From contig SMSO01000025.1 of assembly GCA_004764695.1 (NCBI GenBank), positions 3,410,001 through 3,474,000 of the forward strand: DNA of 64,000 bases, given 5' to 3'. The notes below the pieces were generated by a model. It saw only the letters and a program-made list of their open reading frames with translations, had not been told where the DNA came from and made no database searches. The position numbers and the translations under genes were made by a program. Source of the stretch: Schizochytrium sp. TIO01. Lineage: Eukaryota > Protista > Bigyra: Labyrinthulomycetes. Positions 21,636 through 33,986 of the stretch are shown piece by piece; position 1 is the stretch's first letter; the number at the start of each line of letters is the position of its first letter.

Positions 21636-23068
21636 CGTGTGGATTTTTTAGTTGTAGAAAGAGAAATATAAAAGCGATGAGCTGCGCACAACAATGAGTA
21701 TCGCAGATCTAGCCTCTCTTAGGTTATACGAGAGGCGGCCCTTCCCTTGTTGAGATGATTAGATTCTTTTTTTCTGTTTTTTTCTGTTTTTTTTTTTTTT
21801 TTTTCAGAAGGATGTTGTATGCAAAAACAACTTTGGGTTGGGAATCGCTCGAAATGTATGTACTGGCGGACTTGGTTTGACTTCACGACCTCAGTGACTG
21901 CGGACTTCCGCTGGACGAATAGAAGACGATTTATTCAAAAAAAGACGCAAAAAGGATACGCGGGGTAGCCCAGAGACTGCTTGATGGCAATCTCCGGGAG
22001 CTTAGTTCCTCATTTTGCCAGCCCACAATCTGCAGATCTATCGCTCAAACAAAAAGGTGTAAATGGTTGCTTGTGGTCACTCGGACCGCACCGTGAAGCC
22101 CAGTATCTGGGCTGTCTCACGTGCCTTTACCACGTCTCTTTACTACTGGTCGACCTGATCAGAGAAAGTAGCAAAAGCCCTTCCAGTATATATACCCAAA
22201 GAAAGCGAAATAGACACCACCAAACAAGATGGTCACACCAGCTGCTTTGGGAGCTAAGCAATTCGCAAAGATACTATGTGAACTCGAGCTCGTGCGTCCT
22301 CTGTGCGGAGATGAGTAAAAGTCGTAATCAGAGCCGTCGCCCTAGAAACCAAGGGAAGGACGCAGGCAGCGAGTGAGTTGAAAGGCGCGTCCGAGGGGCC
22401 CAATGCTCGCGAATCGCGGCGGCCTACTCGCTTCCGCAAGGGGGGCCTCCAGTGAAAGTGGTCGAGTAAGGATCTACGCTTCGGTCGAAGCGACCTCGTT
22501 GCGAACCACGCCCCGTCCCGCTCGCGACGACCGCAGTTCGGGCGCCTAGTTCTGCGACTGGTTTCTTCATTTCTCTCCATCGCTGCGTCGCTGTTCTCCG
22601 CATCAGAACGGTTGGAACAGAGCAAACTCCTACTATATACCCACTATGTCCCTCCCCTAATCCCGCACTCTTCCCAGGGACTGTCCTCTTCAGGGGGGTA
22701 TGCGAGGATTCATATTCTCATTTGCGGGGCACTTTCTCAATGGTTCTATGCGAATATTCACCAAATACAAGTCTTCATCAATCCCCATTCAAACTTGTAT
22801 GAGTCCTTCGGGAGGGTGGGCAGCGCTCGAGGAGAGGCACGCGGTCATGAAAACTAAATTCCTTTCCGCTACTGTCTATTAATTCCTAATCGACCAACGG
22901 AGACCTTCGAAGCGGACTTTGGCGCAGTTTCGTCACCAGCGCTTCAGCGAAGACGTTCGTGCGTGCGTTCAAGACTCGACCTGCAACGGACGCCCTGGTC
23001 GATGACAGCCAAAGCGCCTCGCATCGACTCAGTGCATCGCAGAGACCGCGAGAATGAACGGAAAGGAT

Positions 23069-23069
23069 A

Positions 23070-23109
<40 letters not shown>

Positions 23110-23111
23110 AA
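23069..23111. repeat. (GAAA)n microsatellite
   Basis: Seen directly. Confidence 0.9.
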
Positions 23112-23828
23112 TACACTCTTAAGGTTAAGCCTGAGAGGCCCTTAGCCTCTCCACGATCAATGTTAAGCTAAAAAGAAAGACAAAGAAAGAGAGAGTCGCT
23201 TAGTCATGACTAAGCAGGTGCGCACTCCTACCGTTATACCTATGCGCACTCCTACCGAAAGGAGAAGTGGCCAAAATCGCGATTCCGCAGACTCGACTCG
23301 ACTCGACTCGACTCGACTCGCTCTCGACCCGCGAGGCGCCGCCAAGGCCGCGACGCCGCTCGCTGAGCATCGGCACACGCCGTAGAACTGCAGCGGCGAT
23401 GGCGACCTGGCTGCCAGGCAAGAGGCAGCCGGGCTCACGGCATTGGCAATTGCGCGACTCCGAGGAAGCGAACCTGGTCTAAAGACTTTTCTTTCGTGAG
23501 ATGGACAATCAATCATCATAGCAGCTGTGAGGGGCAGAACATGTGGAACGCAGGAGGGCCTCAGTGAGAGATGTGGGAACTTGGCAGGAGAAGCACGTAG
23601 GAGGCGCCTAGGCGCTTCGTAGGAGCCTGCCTGCCTATTGATTTGCGGAGGCTTCTTTCTTAGCCTGTGGCGCGAATGATCTGTTGTTGCCGCGTTGCGA
23701 TGGGCGAGAGGGTTGGCGATGTGGCACTCTCACTAGCCAGAGGGAATTGCTTTAAATCTTTTAGCTTGGGTATAAATCTCGGGCCAAAACAATCGCTCGC
23801 CACTAAGTAGTCAAGTTTTGGTCGCTTT

Positions 23829-24183
23829 TGAACATTTGAGGCCATGAAATCTGGCCAGCAGTAGCTATTCTTCGATCTGTGAACGAAGAAAACAAACTAC
23901 AGTTTCTACCTAGAGGTAGGTGGTTTTATGTGCTAATGTCGTGCATGTTTATTTCAAGGTGCCATAGCCGTCCATGAGTATGGACATACTTGGCAGAATC
24001 ATGTCATGAACATTTGAGGCCATGAAATCTGGCCAGCAGTAGCTATTCTTCGATCTGTGAACGAAGAAAACAAACTACAGTTTCTACCTAGAGGTAGGTG
24101 GTTTTATGTGCTAATGTCGTGCATGTTTATTTCAAGGTGCCATAGCCGTCCATGAGTATGGACATACTTGGCAGAATCATGTA
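23829..24183. repeat. Near-perfect 178-bp tandem duplication
   Basis: TGAACATTTGAGGCCATGAAATCTGG...GGCAGAATCATGT starts at 23829 and again at 24007. Confidence 0.95.
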
Positions 24184-27100
24184 CATGCACTTCTAAGTAA
24201 ATGCAGCGCAAAACAACATGCTCTGTCACCTTTCTGTACAGCATCATTGAACAAACCTATAGTTGAGGCTTCGGTGCCTCGCTGGTTCTTGTGAATGTCT
24301 GGATGGACTTCATTTCTTTCATATGGTCGCTCTTTTGATTGGAAGAGCGAGAGCATTTCTGTGGAACATGCTTTCTATATAATCTGAGCGTTTGCTTTCT
24401 TCTATTTGATGCAACACCTTGCAGTCAGAATCTCGTACATCCGAATTGCCTGTCTTTGCAAAGCATGATGAGACAGTTTCTTCTTTTGTGCTTACAAGGT
24501 TCATGACATTAAGATGCAATCCAACGATGACTAGTTAGACTTAACGTAGCGCTTTCCGCATGATAGTTCATTTAACCGGAGTATGCGTTGTTCTGAGAAC
24601 CCCCCCCCCCAAAAAAAAATAATTAAAAATTAAAAATATTACAAAATATTATACTTGTCAACCACCTATAACATGCACTTTGTTGTAGGATGTACGTCTG
24701 TATTACTCCGGGATAAGCCCAACCTCCATGATACGTTTAAAGATAACTCTTCAAAGATTCTATGGACAGAAGTTTCCACAAGAGAGCAGTCCGTTCATTT
24801 CAATAGCTGCCGAATAACATATATCAAAGGGTAAAGTAATGAGATTCTCATTTGTTAATGAAATGAAGCGTGCTTGTTTATATGTAAACTCTGTCTTTTA
24901 AAACAGAAGAACATACTTCTGCTTTTCGTCCACTCTGTTTCACTTCCCATCGTTGTGATCTTTCACAGGTTAGTGCCTGGAATCTGGTACTGTCCGTCGA
25001 TGCAAATAGCTCTCATGAGGGAAGCATGCCAGGTGCCTACTTTTCTGTAGAAAGTACTCCGAGTCAGATAACTGCACCCCCCCCCCCCCCCCCGGCCTCC
25101 CTCTGAAGTTCCTCCAAATTGTCGTGGGCTTCTTTCTCTAAAAGCGCGAAGTGAACAAACCAAGATTAGATTCTTCGTCAGTGGATATTTCCGACTGCCA
25201 CAATAAAACTTCTTCCCGTCCAAAGTAACCATCTATGAAGATATTAAACTAGGTATCCTCAGCACCCTTGCGATAATACATAGCAAGGCTGGACAGCATT
25301 CAAGGTAGAACGAATCCGGGCAACCACTCCAAAGGAAAACATCGCTGTTCATGCTGGGTGCTCACGAGAATGTTCCCTAAACTGTTGACTACGCAAAAGC
25401 ATATCCGTACTTTGAGTCTACAAAGCCATTTTTAACAAGTTTAAAATTAAGAGAAGACCAGATTAACATGGTGATACCTACTAGAGAAAATTTCGGGTCA
25501 GAAAGGACGTTGCGAAGCGGGAAAGTATTTATGTGTGTTGCCGTCCATCGTGACAGCATCTAAGATCTTTATATAGCGTGTTATTAATTATATTAAAAAA
25601 AATAAAAAAAAATAACAATAGCTGGCAACAATATGTTTCAAAATTTCGAATTAAAGTGATAGCAAAGTGAGAGATGAAATAATCAGCTTTTACAATGAGC
25701 ATGAAAACGACGAACATTTTACTGTGGTGTGGCAAGTCATATTCTTTTAGACCTTGAGTACTCTCCGTCGGCACTTTTTCGAAAGAAGACTTCCCATAAT
25801 CTGTAGTCGGCTGATAACCTTCAAATGCACTAGAACAGAACTGGATTAGTTTTCTATAAGTACTGCTCCAGGCTGGTTAGGTTCGTCGTTTCTGGTGCGA
25901 AAAAAGTGCTTAAGGGCAGCTAATAACCACCAATCCTCACTCATGCACGCAGTTCAAAAAGTGTTGCACCTAGTACATACATACTTGTGGTTGCAGAGGT
26001 TAAGTGCACGGACTATCTTCTACATGTGTTGTATTTCTATAGAATTTCTAACTGCTCGACAAACTGGGCAGGTTTCGCAACAAAGTTGCTCCTCACGGTG
26101 GTCTTGACACACACATTTTCAGCGGACTACTTAGTTGACTCGTGAGCAAAGAAACCTCAAAACCAGGCAGATCTTTGTTGAACCTTTGAAGAGTTTCATG
26201 AAAAGAAGGTAAAAGAAATAGCATTTGGTAGAATGAAGCGAGTTCGCTACATCTCCTCAACTTCTTCTTATAGAAGTAAGTATTCATTTACCTCACTTTC
26301 AAATTGACTGCTACCAACAGGGAACTCACAAGAGCGAGCTAGTTCTGATGAGCTCAGATCTGAAGCTTGTGCTCTGGCATCAATCGCGCGGCTTGAAAAA
26401 GATCGACGCCTCAATCACAAACAGTGCTTACCGCCGAGCTCGTTCGAGTCTCACTTGTGCCAAAGATCGTTGAGTTACTTTCACGACTCGGAGGCCTACG
26501 AATGATTAAATGGGCAATGTCTCCAGTCTAGCCGGGTTTCCTTGCTCGCTTGCACAGCCAGGAACTCAACTTGCGCGTCGAGAACCCAGGGCACCTTAAG
26601 TCCAATTAGTTTGCCGTCAGTCTTCCCTTTTATATTCCCTCCAATAAGGCGGCCATGAAAGCCAAGACGTGCACACCCAAAGGAAACTTTCCAAAGTCAG
26701 AGTGTGCATTCGAAGATGGCCCTAGGTTTTGCTTTAGTTTCCCCTCAGCTGCCCTCCCAACTCCACTGCAAACACTCCAGTTTCCTCCTCACAAGCAACC
26801 CCAGTATTGCGTAGTTGAATCTTCCTAGTTTTCAGACCTAGTGGCACTGGAGGAATGCTCGTAGAGCAGGTTTAATAGATGTGGTAGATGTGGGCGTTAG
26901 TTTGGGTGTATCTTCCTATAGTTCTGCTGTTTAAAAGTGCCTTGTTCCCCTCATATCCCCGCAGCCATGAAAACCAAATTTGAATGAGTGGTGACTCTGA
27001 TAATATGTCTCGTCGACGGAATTCTTTGAGGGAGGCCAGGGGACAGTGATGGATGCGGCGAAGACACGCCGCACGCGCACGCCCAGATTTGATCATATGC

Positions 27101-29351
27101 TGGCCGGCGCTTTGCTCTCCCCCAAAAGATAGGCAATCAAATCAGCGATTGCAGTTCGCACGGTGGTTTTGGTATTATCCCAATCGAAAGAGGGGGGTTT
27201 GGGCGCTCGCCGCTCGTTCGTGGCGCTACTTTGGGCGAAGGTGGGAGCCCATGCAATGATGAGCTAGCTAGGGCAACTTGCAATTAATTGTAGATGCAAC
27301 AGCACGTGTATCTTTTACAGGGAGGAAAAGAAGCAAAACGTGCAGGAGTTACTCGCGTCAATAAGAGTTGTGCCATTTTCTCTTTTTTTTTTTCTCTCTT
27401 TTTTTTTCTTTTTTCTTTTTTTCTCAAGCTGGCGGTTCTGATGGTCAATTTCTGGGGTGGACATGGTCTTACGAGCGGGATTTGGCGCCTTGAGGAGAGG
27501 AAGGAGCAGCTTTCAAGAGGGATGCGACTTCGTTCCCGTGTGGAGTGCGCGCACGCCCGCTCTTGGCACACTCTTTCATCTTCATCACTCGCTCGCTGCG
27601 AGCGAGTGATTCAGAATCACAGAGGGCGCCTGAGACAGAGGGCCGTGAGGGACATCCCTTTCGCCAAGAGGGCGAACTTCGCCCCCGCTGTGGGTGTTTT
27701 GGCAATTTTAATATGGGCTTTATCAACGCAGTGGACATAGAGGAGCAGGATTGGACTTCTGCATTGTTTGCAGTCATCTCGAGCCGCTCCCTCTGTGGCT
27801 GTGGGGCCCTCACGCGCCGCCTCCCCTTCCTGCCTCGGGCCATCTCTGGCAGAAAGGAGCAGAAGAAAGAGCAAGAAAAAGAGAGAGAAAAGGGCTCAAG
27901 CCCTCCAACTTCGAGATTGAATTCCTCGCCAGATTGTCCCTCGTACGCCGCCGGAGATGGCTGCCGTGCTCAAATCATCCTCCCGGCTCTTCCAGCCACG
28001 CCGCGCGGCGCTTTGTCTGCATTTCTGCGGGTTTATCTATTTATTTATTTATTTATTTATTTATCTATCTATCTTTCTATTTATCTATCTGCAGGGTAGC
28101 TGGGTTTTCACGCGTGGCACGAATTGCTGTGCCACGCAGCGCGTACAAAAAAGAAAAACATCACGAAGAACTTCTTGAAGTGATAAAAACAAATAAACAA
28201 ATAAATAGTGACGAAAATGAATAAGTGGAAATGGTGAGAAAACAAAAGAAACTGGAGCACAAGCTGGCTGGCTAGCGAGCTAGCTATTCGCGCAGTCGCA
28301 GTCGCGGACGCTGGTGGCGTGGCCGTGGCGCAGGACCGCCTTGAGCAGGCTATCAGCCGTCGGCCAATCAGCAGGAGCCTCAGGCTGCCTTCAATCAAGT
28401 CATCGAGCGAACAGGTTTTCCGCAGATTGACTGACAGAGAGCGAGTGTTTTTTTTGGACTCCCGCTTTCTTCTCAGTGCTTCCTAGAGGTTTTAATTCAA
28501 CAGTACAAAGGTTTGACATCATTCATTCATGTGGATTTTCTTTTCAAATGAAAACATAGACATAAATAAACATATCATCTCTTTCTGTAGGAGCAATGAA
28601 AAGCCTCATAAAAGTTGTGCACGCGCACGCACAAACAACATATTTTACAAAACCAATAATGAGAAGAGGAAGAAGAGTTGTGAAAACGCGCAAGAACTTT
28701 AGCGAGCTACCCATAGCGATAGCGATGTCTCTATCGAGCTATGGTGATGGGATATTCGATTTTGCGAATCAGGCACGTTTAGAGGTCCATGTCTCGCTAC
28801 GTTGGAAGTCAATACGATCCATCCTCTCTCGAGCAGTGGCAGATCTAGCATGCCTTGGCAGACTGTAGCACGTTTCGCTTTTGGTTCTGTGCTTGGCATC
28901 CATGACAAGGTTTACGGTTAGAAGTTGGATGATGATCGATTCAACAAATGAGGGAGTGAAAGTGAAAGGAAGGAGGTGAGAGGGATCCACAGAGAGAGAG
29001 GGAGAGTGAGTGAGTGAGTGAGTGAGTGAGAGAGAGTGAGAGAGAGAGAGGGAGTGAGTGAGAGTGGGAGAAAGAGAAAGTATGATGGAAAGTGGAAAGT
29101 GGAAGGAAGAAAAAAATTGTTTTCTTTCTTTCTCTGTAGTGAATTGTGTGTGCATTTAAAAAAAAATTAGTTTTCAAAAATTTGGAATCCATTGCCAACG
29201 AGACCGATCAGCAGCACTAGCAAAGCAAACTGCAATCAGTCAAACTCTTCAGCAGAGCAAACCCGCAAAGGACCCTCGGACTCACACCCAGAGTTCGTTA
29301 CGTGCATCGCCTCGAGCTAAGTCAGGTTATTGCACCTCAAAGAAATACAAA

Positions 29352-30245
29352 ATGGCGAGCATGCTCAAGCGCTTGAGTCTCCGCGGCGGCGGCAAGGAGT
29401 CGTCGGCACACAAGGCCTTTAAGGAGTCCCTTGATGCCTCTGGTATTGCATACTTTAACGAAATTGCCAAGCGCCCCTTCGCAGAGCAGGCTGTTGCCTT
29501 CTTGAACGCCTACTGGGATGAGATTGGAGACCAGGCCGATTTTATCTTCGATGTTGCATGGCCCACTATCCGCTACGCCGACATGCACACCAAGGGCGTG
29601 CAGTACATTCACCTTTACGATGAGGGCTACGAGCTCGACTTTAACGTCGCTCTTTACTTTTACGAGAAGCTCGTGCAGAAGGTGTTCGACCTCGACGAGG
29701 GCGAGCCGTGGCGCGATGACCCCCAGTGGGCTCCCTCCATGCCTGAGCACATGACCGCCATCGTGCGTAAGCAGGAGCTCCGCGACAATGTTGATGTCAA
29801 CTTCGACGGTAAGATGTCCTTCCTCGAGTACCTCTTGTACCAGTACCGTAGCCTCACCTCCCCGGCTGAGTTTGTCACCCGTACCATGGCTGCTGACAAC
29901 AACGAGCCGCCCCAGGTGATTGCTGCTCGCCTCGCTCTTCAGGAAGTCAACGATCGCATCCGCGACTTTGAGGCCGAGAAGCAGCGTCTCACAGACCTCT
30001 CCGAGCTGCCCGGTGTCAAGGGTCTTGGTGCCAAGCACCAACTTAGCTCCCTCATGGTCTCCCCGGTTGCCGAGGAGCTCCAGGTGGCCCTTATCAAGGC
30101 CGAGGCTGCCGTTCGCCTTGCCATCAAGGCTGCCAAGGCCGACATGGAGGAGAACGCCAACTCCAACCAGCGTGGTACTATGTTCTGGATGCAGTCTGAC
30201 CTCAAGCTCAAGCAGAAGCTCTACGGCTCCCACGCCAAGAAGTAA
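29352..30245 (+). CDS. abpB: Calcium-regulated actin-bundling protein (Dictyostelium 34-kDa ABP34 homologue, EF-hand)
   Basis: PFAEQAVAFLNAYW, TIRYADMH.KG, YDEG..LDF.VALYFYE, KQELRDNVDVNFDGKMSFLEYLLYQY (EF-hand), PGVKGLGA, ALIKAEAAVR, FWMQSDL match ABP34 over its full length as I recall it. Strong C/G-ending codon bias. Confidence 0.9.
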   Translation: MASMLKRLSLRGGGKESSAHKAFKESLDASGIAYFNEIAKRPFAEQAVAFLNAYWDEIGDQADFIFDVAWPTIRYADMHTKGVQYIHLYDEGYELDFNVALYFYEKLVQKVFDLDEGEPWRDDPQWAPSMPEHMTAIVRKQELRDNVDVNFDGKMSFLEYLLYQYRSLTSPAEFVTRTMAADNNEPPQVIAARLALQEVNDRIRDFEAEKQRLTDLSELPGVKGLGAKHQLSSLMVSPVAEELQVALIKAEAAVRLAIKAAKADMEENANSNQRGTMFWMQSDLKLKQKLYGSHAKK

Positions 30246-31058
30246 GCGCGCCACGTGCGCTACCCACCTTGGTTTTACATTGCACCGCGTGAGGCAGGAT
30301 ATGGTACCCAATCTTCCGATGTAGGGTCGTCTTTTAGGCTAGACTCAGAAGATACCTATCTGCCGTTGCAATGATGTGAACCAGAGTGCTGACACTAGCA
30401 AAGACTGATGTCCGCTTGGCATAATTTGTGCTGGCTTCGTTTCATGTGCGTCAAATCTCGCGAATATGTATTGGGATCGCACATGGAACAAAGTTTCTTT
30501 TTCTTCTGATCATCGTCTACTTTTTATCTTTAAACCTTTTGCTCTCGTGGATATAGGGTCTTTGCTTTGAGTTCTATCGTGATCTCTCACACTTTCAATT
30601 CTCTCCTCTTACGTTTTCTGACTATGTTATCCCTCTTTCTGTTCGGCTCCGCAATAGCAGGCAAGCCCCCGCTACGTGGAGGAGCTTTTTCTACCTATGC
30701 AAGCAAATATCTTCAAACATCTCTAAAGCATTTTTCGCTTCTTTACACATTACCCTTCGTCAAAGGATTCTCTTGATCTTTTGGTTTTAATTTTCATCGA
30801 TGCCTCAAGTTGTTTATATACGCACGCGTGCAGTGTCTGACTCAAAGACTACCATCTCTTTTGTCGTTGAACGAAAAGTGACTTCTGACTATATTGATGA
30901 TTTTTAAACGGAAATTCTTTCATGTCTGTTTTCGACAATACACTGCATATTTCTATTCTGCGTTTATGTAACCTATAAAGAGAAATTTGATTCTGGCCAA
31001 TATTTGCTTACGTTTACGAGGGTGCTTCTTTAAAATCAAAAAAAGGTATAGCAAAAGA

Positions 31059-31709
31059 TCAAGCGCTTTTGTCGCGTTGGAAATCTTTCTTGCCACCTGT
31101 TTTGCTCACAAGCTTGGTCTCACGAATGACAATGTCATGAGAAAGTGCCTTGCACATGTCATACACTGTGAGCGCTGCGACGCTTGCGCCTGTAAGAGCT
31201 TCCATCTCAACGCCGGTCTTGTGCGTACACGCTGCAATGCAGTCAATAACCAGGTCACGACCCTTAAGCTCGATACGAACATCCACTCGGTCTAGAGGTA
31301 GAGGGTGGCAGAATGGTATTAATTGGCTCGTGGATTTAGCGCCCTGGACGCCCGCAATAATCGCTGTGGTCAAAACAGGACCTTTCGGACCTTGTAGCTC
31401 CGTCGGCGAGTCAAAAAGATCAACAATATTCTGCGGCAAGGTCACCAGGGTCTGAGCGTGAGCAGTGCGCTTCGTTACGCGCTTATGACCTACATCAACC
31501 ATTGTTGGCTCGTTACGGGTTGCGTCGATGTGCGAAAGCCCAGTAGATAGTGTTGTACTCGAAGACTCTGAAGCATCATTCTCAGTGTTCAAGACCTTAT
31601 CGCTTTTGCTACCACCACCAGCGGCAGAAGAAAAATAGCTATAATGGAGATGGGATGCGCGAAGGCTGCCTGCGCGAAAGAGCCGTGTGCCGGTGTGGAA
31701 AAGCGACAT
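31059..31709 (-). CDS. moaC: Cyclic pyranopterin monophosphate synthase MoaC (CNX3/MOCS1B-like) with probable mitochondrial presequence
   Basis: MVDVGHKRVTKRTAHA, KGPVLTTAIIAG, LIPFCHPLPL, TGVEMEAL, YDMCKA, KTGGK. R/S-rich N-terminus lacking acidic residues. Confidence 0.95.
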   Translation of the reverse strand: MSLFHTGTRLFRAGSLRASHLHYSYFSSAAGGGSKSDKVLNTENDASESSSTTLSTGLSHIDATRNEPTMVDVGHKRVTKRTAHAQTLVTLPQNIVDLFDSPTELQGPKGPVLTTAIIAGVQGAKSTSQLIPFCHPLPLDRVDVRIELKGRDLVIDCIAACTHKTGVEMEALTGASVAALTVYDMCKALSHDIVIRETKLVSKTGGKKDFQRDKSA

Positions 31710-32277
31710 TTGCGTGTATTCGAAGAGAACTTTGCTTCATGTTTGTGTACAAGTTAGTTTCTTTGTTATTTTTAATTATAAAAATATCTTCACTCATTTT
31801 AAGTTGCTACAGTATCAACCTATTAGGTTTGATACTTAGTATGGGTTCTCTAAATTCACTATTTAAACATTGAAGAAAGAAGAGTAGCTCGTTTCTTTGC
31901 AATCGCGCGGGGATGATGACTTCGTGCTTGGCGTCTGCTATGCAAGGAGGAACTATGAAGATCAAATAAGAAGGCCGTAATTCTGGATGACATTTAATAT
32001 GGCTCGTTTAGATCATCGAAACGTAGAAAAGGCTGAGGAATGCGCACGAGAAGTAGATCCTTGGAACTCTGTATGACCTAGCATGTTTATTTCCTCGAGT
32101 TTTGTTGTTCTTGTATTGTACCGATCCAATCAAGCCAAAATTAGATCCTTTACAACGTCGTCCATTCTTATACAAAGGTCTATGCCATGCGGGTATACCA
32201 TTACACAGTGTTTCGTTGTCCCGTTTTTGCTTGTTTATATTCTTGGACATTTGTTGGATTGAAAATCTATCGCCTCA

Positions 32278-33204
32278 TCACCGATGTGTTGATTTTATAA
32301 TTTTTTTGCGAACACGTGCCCGCTCCTCAGCAATGATTCTCATGGACTCATGAAAAGGTGCTGTAGCTGATGCTCGGACCCAAGGTGGAGGTTGTTCCCG
32401 AAGCTGCTCAAAAGCTCGCGCATGTGCATAGTATAGGCTGCTCTCTGGATCTTTATATGGTGCTGGCACACCCGTAACTGCGCATAGTTTTCGTGAAGGG
32501 TATCTTGGCGGCCCTGCTTTTGCGTTTATATAGTCCGGTGCGTCGAGTTCCTCAATTGAAGTCACCTCGCCAAGCTTGCGCGCATTTTCATCTAACAATA
32601 TTTCTGCAAGCGATCTAAGCTTTATCTTCGCCATGCGCTGCTTTTTCGAATTCGTTCCTGCGTTTGAGTTTGAGCTTACAGCTGCTGCTGCCACGGCTTT
32701 TGCTGTGCGCTGCTTCTTCTTTGGCCTTTTCGCAGTTTTTGTAGTCTTGGACCTCGCCCGCTTCGAGCCTCCACCAGAGTTGGTATGACCGCTTCCAGGG
32801 CCACCGCTACTGTTGCCACCCTTTTTTTTTGTCTTCCTAGAAGCGGAGCCAACATTGGCAGCAGAGTCTTCATCACTCATGCCGGAGTGATCTTCTGATT
32901 CAGATCCGAAATCATCATCGTTAATGAATTCATCAGAGTCTGCACCGTCATAGTCATTTTCGTTATCACCATCAAGAAGAGCGTCGCCGACGTTGGTGCT
33001 TTCAAGGCGCTCCAGGCGGCTTTCGCGTTTGCGTTGAAGAGAGTCTACACCGTCGTATGCAGTCCATCGCCGTGTTTTCTGCCGCCGGCCGCGCTTCTCT
33101 GCGTCTGCGCGGGTTGTACGCCGTCGACCGCCGCCATCGCCATCTGGCAGACGCACACCAAGCTCATCTTGGAGCGTGTCGCCCCAGCCGTCACGATTAA
33201 CCAT
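32278..33204 (-). CDS. INO80/SWR1-family chromatin-remodeller subunit: SWC6/Vps71-like N-terminal region with a YL1-C (Ies6/Vps72-type) C-terminal domain
   Basis: RLERLESTN + acidic + basic tract + RSLAEILLDE + PDYINAKAGPPRYPSRK, then CAVTGVPAPYKDPESSLYY (YL1_C pattern C.ITG.PA.Y.DP.T.L.Y). ATG start at MVNRDG. Confidence 0.75.
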   Translation of the reverse strand: MVNRDGWGDTLQDELGVRLPDGDGGGRRRTTRADAEKRGRRQKTRRWTAYDGVDSLQRKRESRLERLESTNVGDALLDGDNENDYDGADSDEFINDDDFGSESEDHSGMSDEDSAANVGSASRKTKKKGGNSSGGPGSGHTNSGGGSKRARSKTTKTAKRPKKKQRTAKAVAAAAVSSNSNAGTNSKKQRMAKIKLRSLAEILLDENARKLGEVTSIEELDAPDYINAKAGPPRYPSRKLCAVTGVPAPYKDPESSLYYAHARAFEQLREQPPPWVRASATAPFHESMRIIAEERARVRKKIIKSTHR

Positions 33205-33986
33205 TCGCGACAGCAGAAGAGGCAGCCTCGGTAGAAGCCAAGCCAAGAGGACACTGCCCTACAGTGGCTGCTCCCCAGGTCGCTTGAAAGTTTGTATGAA
33301 GTAGTTTTGATTGTTTTTATCTTTATTAGTATTTAACCTTTAAAAATTGCATTTCCGGATCGCGAGTTGCTGTGGCTCCAAGACATTTCAAAGATCATAT
33401 CCTCAGAGAGGTTGCGCAAAAGGATGCCTTTGGCGGCGTGGAGATCGCGATCGACTACGTGGTTCCATTGAGGGCATGTAAAATCTTGGACTTTCCAAGC
33501 TCATTGTGAATGAAACCACATTCGTTGCAGGTTTTTTATTTGAAGTCTTCTCAGCAAATAACAAATTTACACCAGGGAAATAGCTCAGCGTTGTGAATGA
33601 GCGCTTGTCCAAATCCAAAGTGACCCCAATGACAAATTGTTCGAACTGTCTTGCTATAGGCCCGGTTTGTTGAATTGTTCATCATGTAGAATTATTTAAT
33701 TTAGGTGAAACACAAAGTAAAACCCTGGTACACGAAAAAAGAATGGGTGAGTACATCTAGGATTTAAAAGGAAAGAGATGATTCCCCTTTGCTTGTTGCA
33801 ATCATTTCATTGAAATTGGTCATGGTAATGCACCTTGCGGCAAATTGCTAGATGTCCAGATCTCCTTAGATGAAGGAACAAAATGCAAGGTTTGACACTA
33901 GCATTATAACCTTTGGCTACTCCTTATCAAGTGAATTGGAAAACAAATATGAATGTAACAAACCAAAAACTGTAGACTTAGGTTAT

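Noticed and set aside
29337-30311. 324-aa antisense ORF
   Set aside because: Shadow frame produced by the strong codon bias of the ABP34 gene on the + strand.
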